From positions 5,635 through 69,634 of the forward strand of contig JAPLLR010000017.1 of NCBI GenBank assembly GCA_026387455.1: DNA of 64,000 nt, in the 5' to 3' direction. The notes below the pieces were generated by a model. The model worked only from the letters and a program-made list of their open reading frames with translations. It was not told where the DNA came from and did no database searches. Position numbers and translations under genes: made by a program. Shown here one piece after another: positions 56,713 through 64,000 of this stretch. Origin of the DNA: Candidatus Omnitrophota bacterium. Its GTDB lineage: Bacteria > Omnitrophota > Gorgyraeia > Gygaellales > Profunditerraquicolaceae. The number at the start of each line of letters is the position of its first letter. Within the stretch, counting starts at the first letter, position 1.

Positions 56713-56785
56713 GGGGCTGTAGCTCAGCTGGGAGAGCACCTGCATGGCATGCAGGGGGTCAGGGGTTCAAATCCCCTCAGCTCCA
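56713..56785 (+). tRNA. tRNA-Ala (anticodon GGC).
   Basis: Cloverleaf folded by hand. G3:U70 Ala identity pair; anticodon stem cctgc/gcagg; loop aUGGCAu; T-loop GGTTCAAAT. Confidence 0.85.
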
Positions 56786-56829
56786 CATTTACTTTAATTT
56801 TCCTCATCAGCAAATGTGTCCCGTAGCTT

Positions 56830-56860
56830 GTGCCGAAAATATCGAAGAAATTTTCGGCAC
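56830..56860. repeat. Hairpin of the conserved-loop family, between the two tRNAs: gtgccgaaaat-ATCGAAGAA-attttcggcac.
   Basis: 11-bp perfect stem. The stem differs from the 19196 copy (cccgaaaat/attttcggg) by a compensatory C/G swap. It may double as a tRNA terminator. Confidence 0.55.
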
Positions 56861-56908
56861 GTTTAAGCAAGAGACACCAAAAATACTTTCCTCCCCATAA
56901 CCCTTCGC

Positions 56909-56991
56909 GCCGAAGTGGTGGAATGGCATACACGTCGGTCTCAAAAACCGATGAGCGCAAGCTCGTAAGGGTTCAACTCCCTTCTTCGGCA
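56909..56991 (+). tRNA. tRNA-Leu (anticodon CAA), class II with a long variable arm.
   Basis: Acceptor gccgaag/cttcggc; D-stem gtg/cac; anticodon stem tcggt/accga with loop cUCAAaa; variable hairpin gagcg-caa-gctc; T-arm aaggg-TTCAACT-ccctt. Confidence 0.75.
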
Positions 56992-57027
56992 TAAGATTTT
57001 GTCATAAATTACTTCCCACAAAATCTA

Positions 57028-57178
57028 CATCGAATCCTGGCGAGACAAATTTCGAAGAAATTTGGCCGCCGTTTAGGATTCGATGCAAGAAGCGATTACG
57101 CAAGGGATAAATTTTCGATCGCCCTAAGCAAATTACCCCAGCGAGTGCATCAAAATTATCGAAGAGAATTTTGGGATG
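57028..57178. repeat. Two further hairpin-family elements downstream of tRNA-Leu. The first (57028-57087) is a nested hairpin, and the second (57148-57178) has loop ATCGAAGAG.
   Basis: Nested: acatcgaatcc[...gacaaattt-cgaag-aaatttggc...]ggattcgatg. Second: catcaaaatt-ATCGAAGAG-aattttgggatg. Preceded by gcaaattacccc as at 19175. Confidence 0.5.
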
Positions 57179-57926
57179 TTTTGGCAAGGGGCAACCTCTT
57201 AATCACCAACTTACTCCACAAAGCCGGCATTTCCAGCTTAAGCGGCACCCTTTTTTCTTTATCCAGCTCCAGTACAATCCTTTTAGGAGTAACCTCGCAA
57301 ACATAAAACTCTTTCTCACCCTGGCTAGTCTGCGCTTTGCGTAGTTCCTTTACCTTGATCTTCACTTTCTCTAAAGGCAAATTAAAATCAAGCTCTGCCC
57401 CAATTTTATTCTCTAAAGCTAATGGATAAATAAAAAACAGGCTGTGGGAATTGTGAATAGGGGGCGCCTGAGGAATGATCCGGCTTTTAGTCTTTCCGCC
57501 TTTTTCCTGGATAACGTTTACCCAACCGTCTTTCTGGTTATACTCCTCGATTATATGCTCAGCCTTACCGAAGAACACCACATCCCTCTCCACCCTTTGC
57601 GGAAGGCAGGTAGCGGCGTCTATATACACTGAATCCTTGCTGTTAATCTGGAATATATTCAGGACATTAATTTTGGTGGTTACTACCACCAAATCCACAT
57701 TGTCCTTACGGCTGAGGTATTCAAAGTCGATTGTCCCGGATTTAAGGCCGTTAAAAGTCACCTCGTAAGAAAGTTTCTCTCCCGGGCTGATAGGAAGCTG
57801 CTGCGCAGAAGTAGCCATGACCGAAGAATTATTTGTCTTAAAACCGCGGGGGGCACAAAATAATGCTCCGCTCAGGACCGCGGCGCACAAAATAAAAAAA
57901 GCCAGCGTAATCAATCTTTGCCGCAA
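57156..57926 (-). CDS. Exported protein of unknown function.
   Basis: Signal peptide MRQRLITLAFFILCAAVLSGALFC; 256 aa. Confidence 0.35.
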   Translation of the reverse strand: MRQRLITLAFFILCAAVLSGALFCAPRGFKTNNSSVMATSAQQLPISPGEKLSYEVTFNGLKSGTIDFEYLSRKDNVDLVVVTTKINVLNIFQINSKDSVYIDAATCLPQRVERDVVFFGKAEHIIEEYNQKDGWVNVIQEKGGKTKSRIIPQAPPIHNSHSLFFIYPLALENKIGAELDFNLPLEKVKIKVKELRKAQTSQGEKEFYVCEVTPKRIVLELDKEKRVPLKLEMPALWSKLVIKRLPLAKTSQNSLR

Positions 57927-57929
57927 ATC

Positions 57930-58571
57930 TTACTCCTTATTTTCTTTAAGGTATGGCTTTATGGCATTATAAATCCTGCCGGCAACAATCGTATAGCCGC
58001 TGCCGTTAGGATGCAAAAAGTCGCTTTTCATGGAAGGGTTAGTAAGGATTCCATTAAGAATTGCCGGGACAAATATCGCGCCTTCTTCCCGGGCCAGCTT
58101 CTTATAGGCATGGCGGTAGTCTCTTAAAAAGAATCCGGCGCTGATATCCACCAGCGCCACTATCGCCCCCTTTTCCTGGCTCTTACGGATAATCTGGCGC
58201 AGGTTACGAATGGTAGTTTCCTGCGGAATCTTCTGTATGAAATCGTTTCCACAGAATTCGACAATCACCAGGTAGGGGTCCTTATTTAACACCTCGACCT
58301 GAAAACGCCTTAAGGCGTGTATTGTAGTATCTCCGTCCACTCCGGAATTGATCACCGGCATACGCACGTATTTCTTAAGAGCAGTAGGATAGTCTTCCGC
58401 CGGCCCTGCGCCATAGCCAAAAGTCAGGCTGTCGCCGAAGCAGATTATCTCTTTACCCAAGGCTCTGCCGGCGTTTTTAATTTCCTGTTTTGCGCATCCG
58501 AATAATAATATAGCCCCTAGGAAAAAAGTAACTGCAGCTTGACACCTTGACACCCGCTTATCTTTTATCAT
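57930..58571 (-). CDS. SGNH/GDSL-family hydrolase, lipoprotein.
   Basis: Lipobox LFGCAK. ICFGDSLTFGYG block I. Catalytic DxxH-type C-terminal block (DFLHPN). Confidence 0.65.
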   Translation of the reverse strand: MIKDKRVSRCQAAVTFFLGAILLFGCAKQEIKNAGRALGKEIICFGDSLTFGYGAGPAEDYPTALKKYVRMPVINSGVDGDTTIHALRRFQVEVLNKDPYLVIVEFCGNDFIQKIPQETTIRNLRQIIRKSQEKGAIVALVDISAGFFLRDYRHAYKKLAREEGAIFVPAILNGILTNPSMKSDFLHPNGSGYTIVAGRIYNAIKPYLKENKE

Positions 58572-59583
58572 ATTTAAGCCTCAGCTGCCCACACGCAGCG
58601 TCGATATCCTGGCCGCGGGACTTACGCAAAGTAACCTGAATTCCCTGCTTGATCAGATAATCCTTAAAATACAAGACCTCCAACTTGCCCGGAGGCTGGA
58701 CATTCATCTCTTTGATGGGATTGGAAGGAATAAGGTTTACCTTGGCCAAACGTAACGGCTTTAATATTTTAGCCAAATCCTTGACGCTTTGCAAATCCGA
58801 ATTTAATCCTTTGATCAAAACATACTCAAAAGTGATCTGGCGGTCAGTCTTTTTGATATAATCCTGACAGGCGGCCATCAGCGCTTTAAGCGGATACTTC
58901 TTGTTCACCGGCATGATCTGAGAGCGAATTAAATCATCCGCGGCATGCAGGGAAATGGATAGCTCTATCTGCAATTTTTCCTGCGCCAGCTTACCAATTG
59001 CGGGAATCACCCCGCATGTGGATATAGTAATCCGGCGCGCGCCTATCCCAATTCCGTCAGGAGAATTAATCGCCCTGATCGCCCTCAGGACTTCATCATA
59101 ATTATCCAGTGGCTCACCTATACCCATAAAAACTATATGCGTAATCTTTTTTCCGGAATTCAGGAGTAATATCTCTTCTAGGATCTCTGTGCTAGTCAGG
59201 TTACGCTTAAGCCCTGACTGTCCGCTGGCGCAAAAAGTACAGGCGTACTTACACCCCACCTGGCTGGATATACAACCGGTCACCCTACCTTCTGCCGGAA
59301 TAACCACTGCCTCAATAAGACTTGCGTCATGCAGCCGGATAAGAAATTTCTGAGTCCCGTCGACAGAGTCCTGTTGCTCGGCAATACCTGAGCCCAAAAT
59401 AAAAAAATTCTCTTCCAGGCGAATACGTAACCCTGCAGAAAGATCGCTCATCGCAGAGAAATCCCGCGCGCCTAATTTATAAATCCAGTTGAATACTTGC
59501 TTGGCGTGATATACAGACGCGCCCCAGCCTTTTAGGATGTTTTGCAGTTCAATAACGGTGAGTTTTTTGATGTCCTGCTGCAT
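58558..59583 (-). CDS. rlmN: 23S rRNA (adenine2503-C2)-methyltransferase RlmN (radical SAM).
   Basis: CKYACTFCASGQSG radical-SAM motif; RlmN/Cfr N-terminal domain. Confidence 0.8.
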   Translation of the reverse strand: MQQDIKKLTVIELQNILKGWGASVYHAKQVFNWIYKLGARDFSAMSDLSAGLRIRLEENFFILGSGIAEQQDSVDGTQKFLIRLHDASLIEAVVIPAEGRVTGCISSQVGCKYACTFCASGQSGLKRNLTSTEILEEILLLNSGKKITHIVFMGIGEPLDNYDEVLRAIRAINSPDGIGIGARRITISTCGVIPAIGKLAQEKLQIELSISLHAADDLIRSQIMPVNKKYPLKALMAACQDYIKKTDRQITFEYVLIKGLNSDLQSVKDLAKILKPLRLAKVNLIPSNPIKEMNVQPPGKLEVLYFKDYLIKQGIQVTLRKSRGQDIDAACGQLRLKYDKR

Positions 59584-59610
59584 GATTATCCTAAGGACTA
59601 CTGCGAAGGG

Positions 59611-61152
59611 TCAGGAAACCGCGACTTTCAGCTTCTCTTTATCTATCTTTCCAACCCGGTTTTTGGGAAGGATCTTGGTAAACTCAAAATGATGGGGAAT
59701 CTTAAAATGGGCCAGATGCTGGCGCAGGAATTCACGCAGCTCCTCCTTTTCCAGCGCTTCGCCATCCTTTAACACAATAAAAGCCTTGGGCACTTCTCCG
59801 CGCATGGTATCCGCGATGCCAATAACCGCCACTTCGCTTATCTTAGGATGGCGGTGGATGACTTCTTCTACCTCAGAGGCAAAGACTATTTCACCGGACA
59901 CCTTGATCATATCCTTGATCCTGCCGACGATAGAGCACCTGCCGCGCCTGTCAAAACGCGCCACATCTCCGGTCCTTAGCCATCCATCACCGGTGATGGT
60001 CTGCTTAGTAAGCTCCGGCTCCTTATAGTATCCGACCATCACGCACTTACCTTTGATCCACAATTCTCCATCTTCCTCAGGGCCAAGGATATTGCCGCTC
60101 TCGTCCACTGTCTTTGCCTGGCTTTGAGGAGCAAATTCTCCGGTATGTGGGATCTCTCGGGTATTAGTGCCGGTAGCAAAAAAGGCGTTTGGCGCGGCAG
60201 TCTCGGTCATACCCCAGCCGTTTAATAAATAGGCATTTGGACACTGTTTATGAAAACGCTCCAATAACACCGGCGAAGAAGGCGCGCCGAAAACTACGGC
60301 GTAACGTAATGACGATAGGTCGAACTTATCGTATTCTTTCAAGGATAAAACCGCCACATACATCGAAGGGACAATGACAAAAATACTGATCTTATGTTTT
60401 TCAATGGTCTTTAAGAATTCATATGGCTGGAAGCGCTCCATCAGCACCATGGTCATGCCAGAATTTAACATCAAAAGCACATGGTCCAGGCCTCCCAGAT
60501 GAGAAAATGGGATTGCCGCACATAAAAGCACGTCTTTATCGTTTAAGGAAATGAAATATTCAAACGTATCGAGGGGGTTCTTCAGGTGCCCGTAGTTAAG
60601 CAGTACACCCTTGGGGTGCCCCGTAGATCCGGAGGTGTAAAAAATCGAGGAGTGGTCCAGCTCACTAATGTTCTTTTCATAAGCCCCGGGATTAGTAGCT
60701 TTAGCGCTGAATTCCTTATCCCAGAATAAAAAGTCCCGCTCATTAAGATTCTGGGCCTCCCCCACTTCGAACAAAATGACCTCTTTTAAGGATGGGCATT
60801 TATTCTTTACGTTCATCAGGTCAATGCTCTTTTTCTCCTGGGCAATGAGGATCGAGCTCTCGCTGTGATTGATAAAGTTAATCACTTCCTCCTCGGTGAG
60901 CATGAAATCCAGCGGAACCGCTATGCCGCGTAGGAGGAAGATTCCCAGGAAGCTATAAATATATTCGGGGATGTTGGGGAGGAAGATAGCCACTTTATCG
61001 GATCTTTTAGCTCCGAGTGAAGATAAACCGCTGGCTACGGAAAGAACCTGCTCCTTAAGCGCCTTAAAGGTGATTGTGGAGTCGCGAAAAAGTATGGCCG
61101 GCTTATCGCTATACTTACCGGACTGTTTTTCTAAAAGCCCGCGGAAGTCCAT
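59611..61152 (-). CDS. AMP-dependent acyl-CoA synthetase (long-chain fatty-acid-CoA ligase family).
   Basis: YTSGSTGHPKGV AMP-binding motif; 513 aa. Confidence 0.75.
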   Translation of the reverse strand: MDFRGLLEKQSGKYSDKPAILFRDSTITFKALKEQVLSVASGLSSLGAKRSDKVAIFLPNIPEYIYSFLGIFLLRGIAVPLDFMLTEEEVINFINHSESSILIAQEKKSIDLMNVKNKCPSLKEVILFEVGEAQNLNERDFLFWDKEFSAKATNPGAYEKNISELDHSSIFYTSGSTGHPKGVLLNYGHLKNPLDTFEYFISLNDKDVLLCAAIPFSHLGGLDHVLLMLNSGMTMVLMERFQPYEFLKTIEKHKISIFVIVPSMYVAVLSLKEYDKFDLSSLRYAVVFGAPSSPVLLERFHKQCPNAYLLNGWGMTETAAPNAFFATGTNTREIPHTGEFAPQSQAKTVDESGNILGPEEDGELWIKGKCVMVGYYKEPELTKQTITGDGWLRTGDVARFDRRGRCSIVGRIKDMIKVSGEIVFASEVEEVIHRHPKISEVAVIGIADTMRGEVPKAFIVLKDGEALEKEELREFLRQHLAHFKIPHHFEFTKILPKNRVGKIDKEKLKVAVS

Positions 61153-61207
61153 AGGTTAAATTCTACTAGCCTTTAAAGGGAGTGTCAAGGGGTTTGAAGC
61201 GGAAGAA

Positions 61208-61705
61208 TTACTGTGCTTTAACGAACCTGGTATAACGCATATCTTTATCCGTATAGATAATAGTTTCCAGATCCGGGTAATACTTTTTGATAGCCTGGCG
61301 GACATCAGGCTCTGCAGTTTGATACAATTTCTGATTAGAAATAAAACTGACATTTCCGGCGGCATTCTTCCAAATACAAACGGCGTGTAACACGTTCAGG
61401 CCCTTGAATTTGATGATCACGACATCGCTTTTTATGCCCATGTTCTTTAAAACAACCTGCGCCAGGGAAGCGAAATCGTCGCAGTCACCCTTTTTGAGAG
61501 CGCACGTCTCTTCGGGTGTCTGACAAATATTGGTCAACTTTAACTCATAGCGGAAATCCCTCGTAAACCAGCCTACCAGCGCCTCAGGAGTCTTGATAGA
61601 GAAGGTCGCTTTCGCTATAGAGGAACCCTGGGCAAAGCTTGTGCCTTGCATAATCAGGACCAGAATGATACACAGAAATATTATTTGGATAGCCCGCTGT
61701 CTCAA
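61208..61705 (-). CDS. Secreted transglutaminase-like cysteine peptidase (BTLCP-type) domain protein.
   Basis: Signal peptide. TPEETCALKKGDCDDFASLAQ...LHAVC: Cys/His/Asp arrangement of the bacterial transglutaminase-like cysteine proteinase family. Confidence 0.45.
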   Translation of the reverse strand: MRQRAIQIIFLCIILVLIMQGTSFAQGSSIAKATFSIKTPEALVGWFTRDFRYELKLTNICQTPEETCALKKGDCDDFASLAQVVLKNMGIKSDVVIIKFKGLNVLHAVCIWKNAAGNVSFISNQKLYQTAEPDVRQAIKKYYPDLETIIYTDKDMRYTRFVKAQ

Positions 61706-61815
61706 TTTTTCCTTATGCGTTGGCTATCCTTCGGCAACCCGGCTGTCCTTTTTTAGGACCCGTGGTTTTGCGTCTCCTGCTTACGCGGGATTTGCTCTTT
61801 CGGGATAACAAAAAA

Positions 61816-61855
61816 GCCACGAATAAAAGAGTAAACTCGACTCTTTTTCCGTGGC
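61816..61855 (-). terminator. Rho-independent terminator candidate downstream of the aldehyde dehydrogenase gene.
   Basis: gccacg-aat-aaaagagt-aaactcg-actctttt-c-cgtggc extended hairpin, followed on the minus strand by TTTTTTGTTATCCCG. Confidence 0.5.
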
Positions 61856-61969
61856 CTAAAAACCTACCCGATTAACTGAACTTGCCTAAAGCCCTTCCTC
61901 CAAAGGAAGCAAATTCAACTTAATTATACACTATTTTCGGCCGGATTTCAAGGCGGGGAAAAAGATTTT

Positions 61970-63460
61970 TTAGAATCCGTACCAGTAATTAACCAAAGGC
62001 TTTGCTTCTTTGGTTTTATCGACGATAACGTCTTTAAGGCGGGTATACTCCAGAAAGCCTTCTTTACCTAATTCCTTGCCAAAACCGCTCTGTTTAAAAC
62101 CTCCGTAAGGCAGCTCATTGAAAAACATCCCGTAGGTGTTAACCCAGATAGTTCCGGCATTAAGTTGCCCGGAAATCTCCGCGGCTTTTGCCTCATCCTT
62201 ACTCCAGACGCAGGCAGCCAAAGCAAAATCTGCCTGGTTTGCCAAGGATATTGCTTCATCTAACTTTACAAACTTGCTGATGCAAACCACCGGTCCGAAA
62301 ACCTCCTCTTTAAATATGTCAGATTGTGGCTTAACCTCTGTAATCACTGTCGGCTCAAAAAAGAATCCGTTCTTAAACTCTTCTGCCGCGGGAATTTTAC
62401 CTCCGCAGATAATCCTGGCGTCATCTTTCTTGGCCTGCTCAATACAAGCTATAACCCGCTTACGTTGGGCTTCAGAAATCAACGGCCCCATCTGAGTTTC
62501 AAAATCTCCTCCTACCCCAAGCTTTATTCTCTGGGCCTTATTGACAAAATCATTAACGAACTGATCATAAATATCTGCCTCTACCAATATACGCGACATG
62601 GCTGTGCACATCTGGCCCTGATTAAGGAATATCGAACAGAGAGAGCTATTTACCGCGGACTCTAAATCCGCGTCATTACAGATGATGCTTGCGGATTTTC
62701 CGCCTAGCTCCATGATTAGCTTCTTAACGTTTTCAGATGAGTATTCCAAGATTCTTTTACCCACTTCATTACTTCCGGTAAAGGATATCATATCCACCCG
62801 CTTATCCGAGCAAAGGGCCTTGCCGATCTTCTCGCCGCTCCCCACGATCACATTGACCACGCCATTAGGAAGGCCAGCATCTTTGACAATCTGAGCTAAT
62901 TCCAGAACGCTTAAAGGTGTCAGGCTCGATGGCTTAAGCACAATCGTATTTCCTGCAGCTAAAGCCTGGGCCAATTTCCAGCAGGCGATCAATAAAGGAT
63001 AATTCCAGGGAACAATCAGTACAGCTACGCCTAAAGGCTCGCGCAGAAGATTCGCTTGGACATGGGCGATTTGCGTCGAAACATTCTTGATCTCTGGCTT
63101 AAGAAATTTCTCTAAATTCTCCCCGAAGTAGCGGAAAGTCTCAGCAGCCGAGGGGATATCCATAAAAGTAGATTCTTTGATCGGCTTTCCGGTATTCAAA
63201 GTTTCCAGATTTGCCAGTTCTCCGGCTTTATCCAGAATGCCTTGCGATATCTTTAAAAGGAAACCTTTGCGCTGAGCGAGACTTAAACCAGTCCAGTCCT
63301 TATGATCAAAGGCAATGCGCGCAGCGCTCACCGCAGAAAGCACATCGTATTCCGAAGCCAAAGAAACTTCGGCAATCACTTCTCCCGTAGATGGGTTGAT
63401 CACCTTCTGCAGTTCATCACTATCCTTAAATTCCCCGTTTATGAATAATTGAGTATTCAC
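61970..63460 (-). CDS. NAD(P)-dependent aldehyde dehydrogenase.
   Basis: 496 aa. ELGGKSA and catalytic Cys region (QGQMCTA) of the ALDH superfamily. Confidence 0.85.
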   Translation of the reverse strand: MNTQLFINGEFKDSDELQKVINPSTGEVIAEVSLASEYDVLSAVSAARIAFDHKDWTGLSLAQRKGFLLKISQGILDKAGELANLETLNTGKPIKESTFMDIPSAAETFRYFGENLEKFLKPEIKNVSTQIAHVQANLLREPLGVAVLIVPWNYPLLIACWKLAQALAAGNTIVLKPSSLTPLSVLELAQIVKDAGLPNGVVNVIVGSGEKIGKALCSDKRVDMISFTGSNEVGKRILEYSSENVKKLIMELGGKSASIICNDADLESAVNSSLCSIFLNQGQMCTAMSRILVEADIYDQFVNDFVNKAQRIKLGVGGDFETQMGPLISEAQRKRVIACIEQAKKDDARIICGGKIPAAEEFKNGFFFEPTVITEVKPQSDIFKEEVFGPVVCISKFVKLDEAISLANQADFALAACVWSKDEAKAAEISGQLNAGTIWVNTYGMFFNELPYGGFKQSGFGKELGKEGFLEYTRLKDVIVDKTKEAKPLVNYWYGF

Positions 63461-63526
63461 CCCGCCCTTCCTTCTTTATTCATCCCCTTACCCATTCCAA
63501 ATCTAAACATTTTAGGAAAGGCGGGC

Positions 63527-63994
63527 TCATTTAAATTTCACCTGCTTAAATATGCTAAACAACCTGGTAAAGGGAACATACCACTTGGAAAGCTGGCCTA
63601 GCTGGCCCTGCAGTTTCATTTTTCCCTGAGTCACTGCCACAAAAGAATCCAATTTACCTAAAAACACCTGTTCCCATACATCTTTGGGCCCGGAAATGAT
63701 AAAAGGCGCGTCCGCGTCATTATCTAATCTTACAATTCTTCCCTGCTCAAAATTAAATTTGTAAGCGGCATCAGAGCCGTCCATTTTTATGGCAAGTTTT
63801 AAGGTCAGATCCAGCTCTTTACCTTTTTGTGCGATAAACTCATCCTTATTCACCTGATCCACGATAGCCTGAATATGCTCGCGGGAAAACATTGGATACT
63901 CCACATCGATTTGAGTTAAATTGTCCTTTAACGCCTGGTCAAGGTCATCAAGAATATCTTTATTAAACAGCCGAGCCACTGCTGCTACCCGCAC
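63527..63994 (-). CDS. SCP2 sterol-carrier-like domain protein. The N-terminus is at the window edge, so the protein may be longer.
   Basis: C-terminal pattern ...VAVTQGKMKLQGQLGQLSKW... typical of SCP2 domains. Confidence 0.35.
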   Translation of the reverse strand: MRVAAVARLFNKDILDDLDQALKDNLTQIDVEYPMFSREHIQAIVDQVNKDEFIAQKGKELDLTLKLAIKMDGSDAAYKFNFEQGRIVRLDNDADAPFIISGPKDVWEQVFLGKLDSFVAVTQGKMKLQGQLGQLSKWYVPFTRLFSIFKQVKFK

Positions 63995-64000
63995 TGCTTC

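Noticed and set aside
56909-56991. Initial reading of the second tRNA as a UCA-anticodon (tRNA-Sec/opal suppressor) gene.
   Set aside because: Re-folding with a 5-bp anticodon stem (tcggt/accga) places U33 and A37 correctly and gives anticodon CAA (Leu). The acceptor stem is 7 bp and the D-arm is Leu-like, not the 8/5 Sec architecture. prfB also uses UGA as a stop.
56724-56992. Minus-strand ORFs 56724..56960 and 56807..56992.
   Set aside because: They overlap tRNA-Ala and tRNA-Leu on the opposite strand and have no RBS; they are spurious.

Overview
The window is about 47% GC and genes run almost uniformly on the minus strand. Gene content points to an anaerobic diderm bacterium, with LPS and outer-membrane genes (lpxL, lptE, bamD-like, lnt), a pilT/comEA/comEC set, and a large O2/NO/superoxide detoxification island. 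The main elements are: (1) a two-partner-secretion locus, organised as a 53-aa-repeat TPR-like protein, then a TpsB (ShlB/FhaC-type) transporter, then a giant TpsA exoprotein. TpsA is at least 2,500 aa, runs off the window edge, and is hidden from the six-frame ORF track, which reports its antisense frames instead. (2) A roughly 9-kb oxidative and nitrosative stress island with trxB, grx, a rubrerythrin-like protein, a flavodiiron protein, an FNR-like reductase, a Tpx-PCD fusion, rubredoxin, superoxide reductase, hcp and an Rrf2 regulator. It also holds two unannotated small ORFs and a duplicated structured 5' leader with compensatory base changes. (3) Several genome-specific repeat families: an 80-90 bp palindromic element inserted in-frame inside hcp, hairpins with a conserved ATCGAAGAG-type loop and covarying stems, and a modular GC-rich structured element of about 150-320 bp in three copies, two of them inverted and flanking a 4-kb murJ-rpsT-holA-lptE-bamD block. 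(4) An iteron-like repeat array followed by a ribbon-helix-helix protein, tRNA-Ala(GGC) preceded by two tandem mimics of its 5' end, and tRNA-Leu(CAA). (5) Housekeeping genes: secA, prfB (with its programmed +1 frameshift recovered by hand), leuS, murJ, rpsT, rlmN, thiE/thiM, nfo, a short uvrC and others. All calls rest on reading the sequence and ORF translations directly; no database searches were possible.
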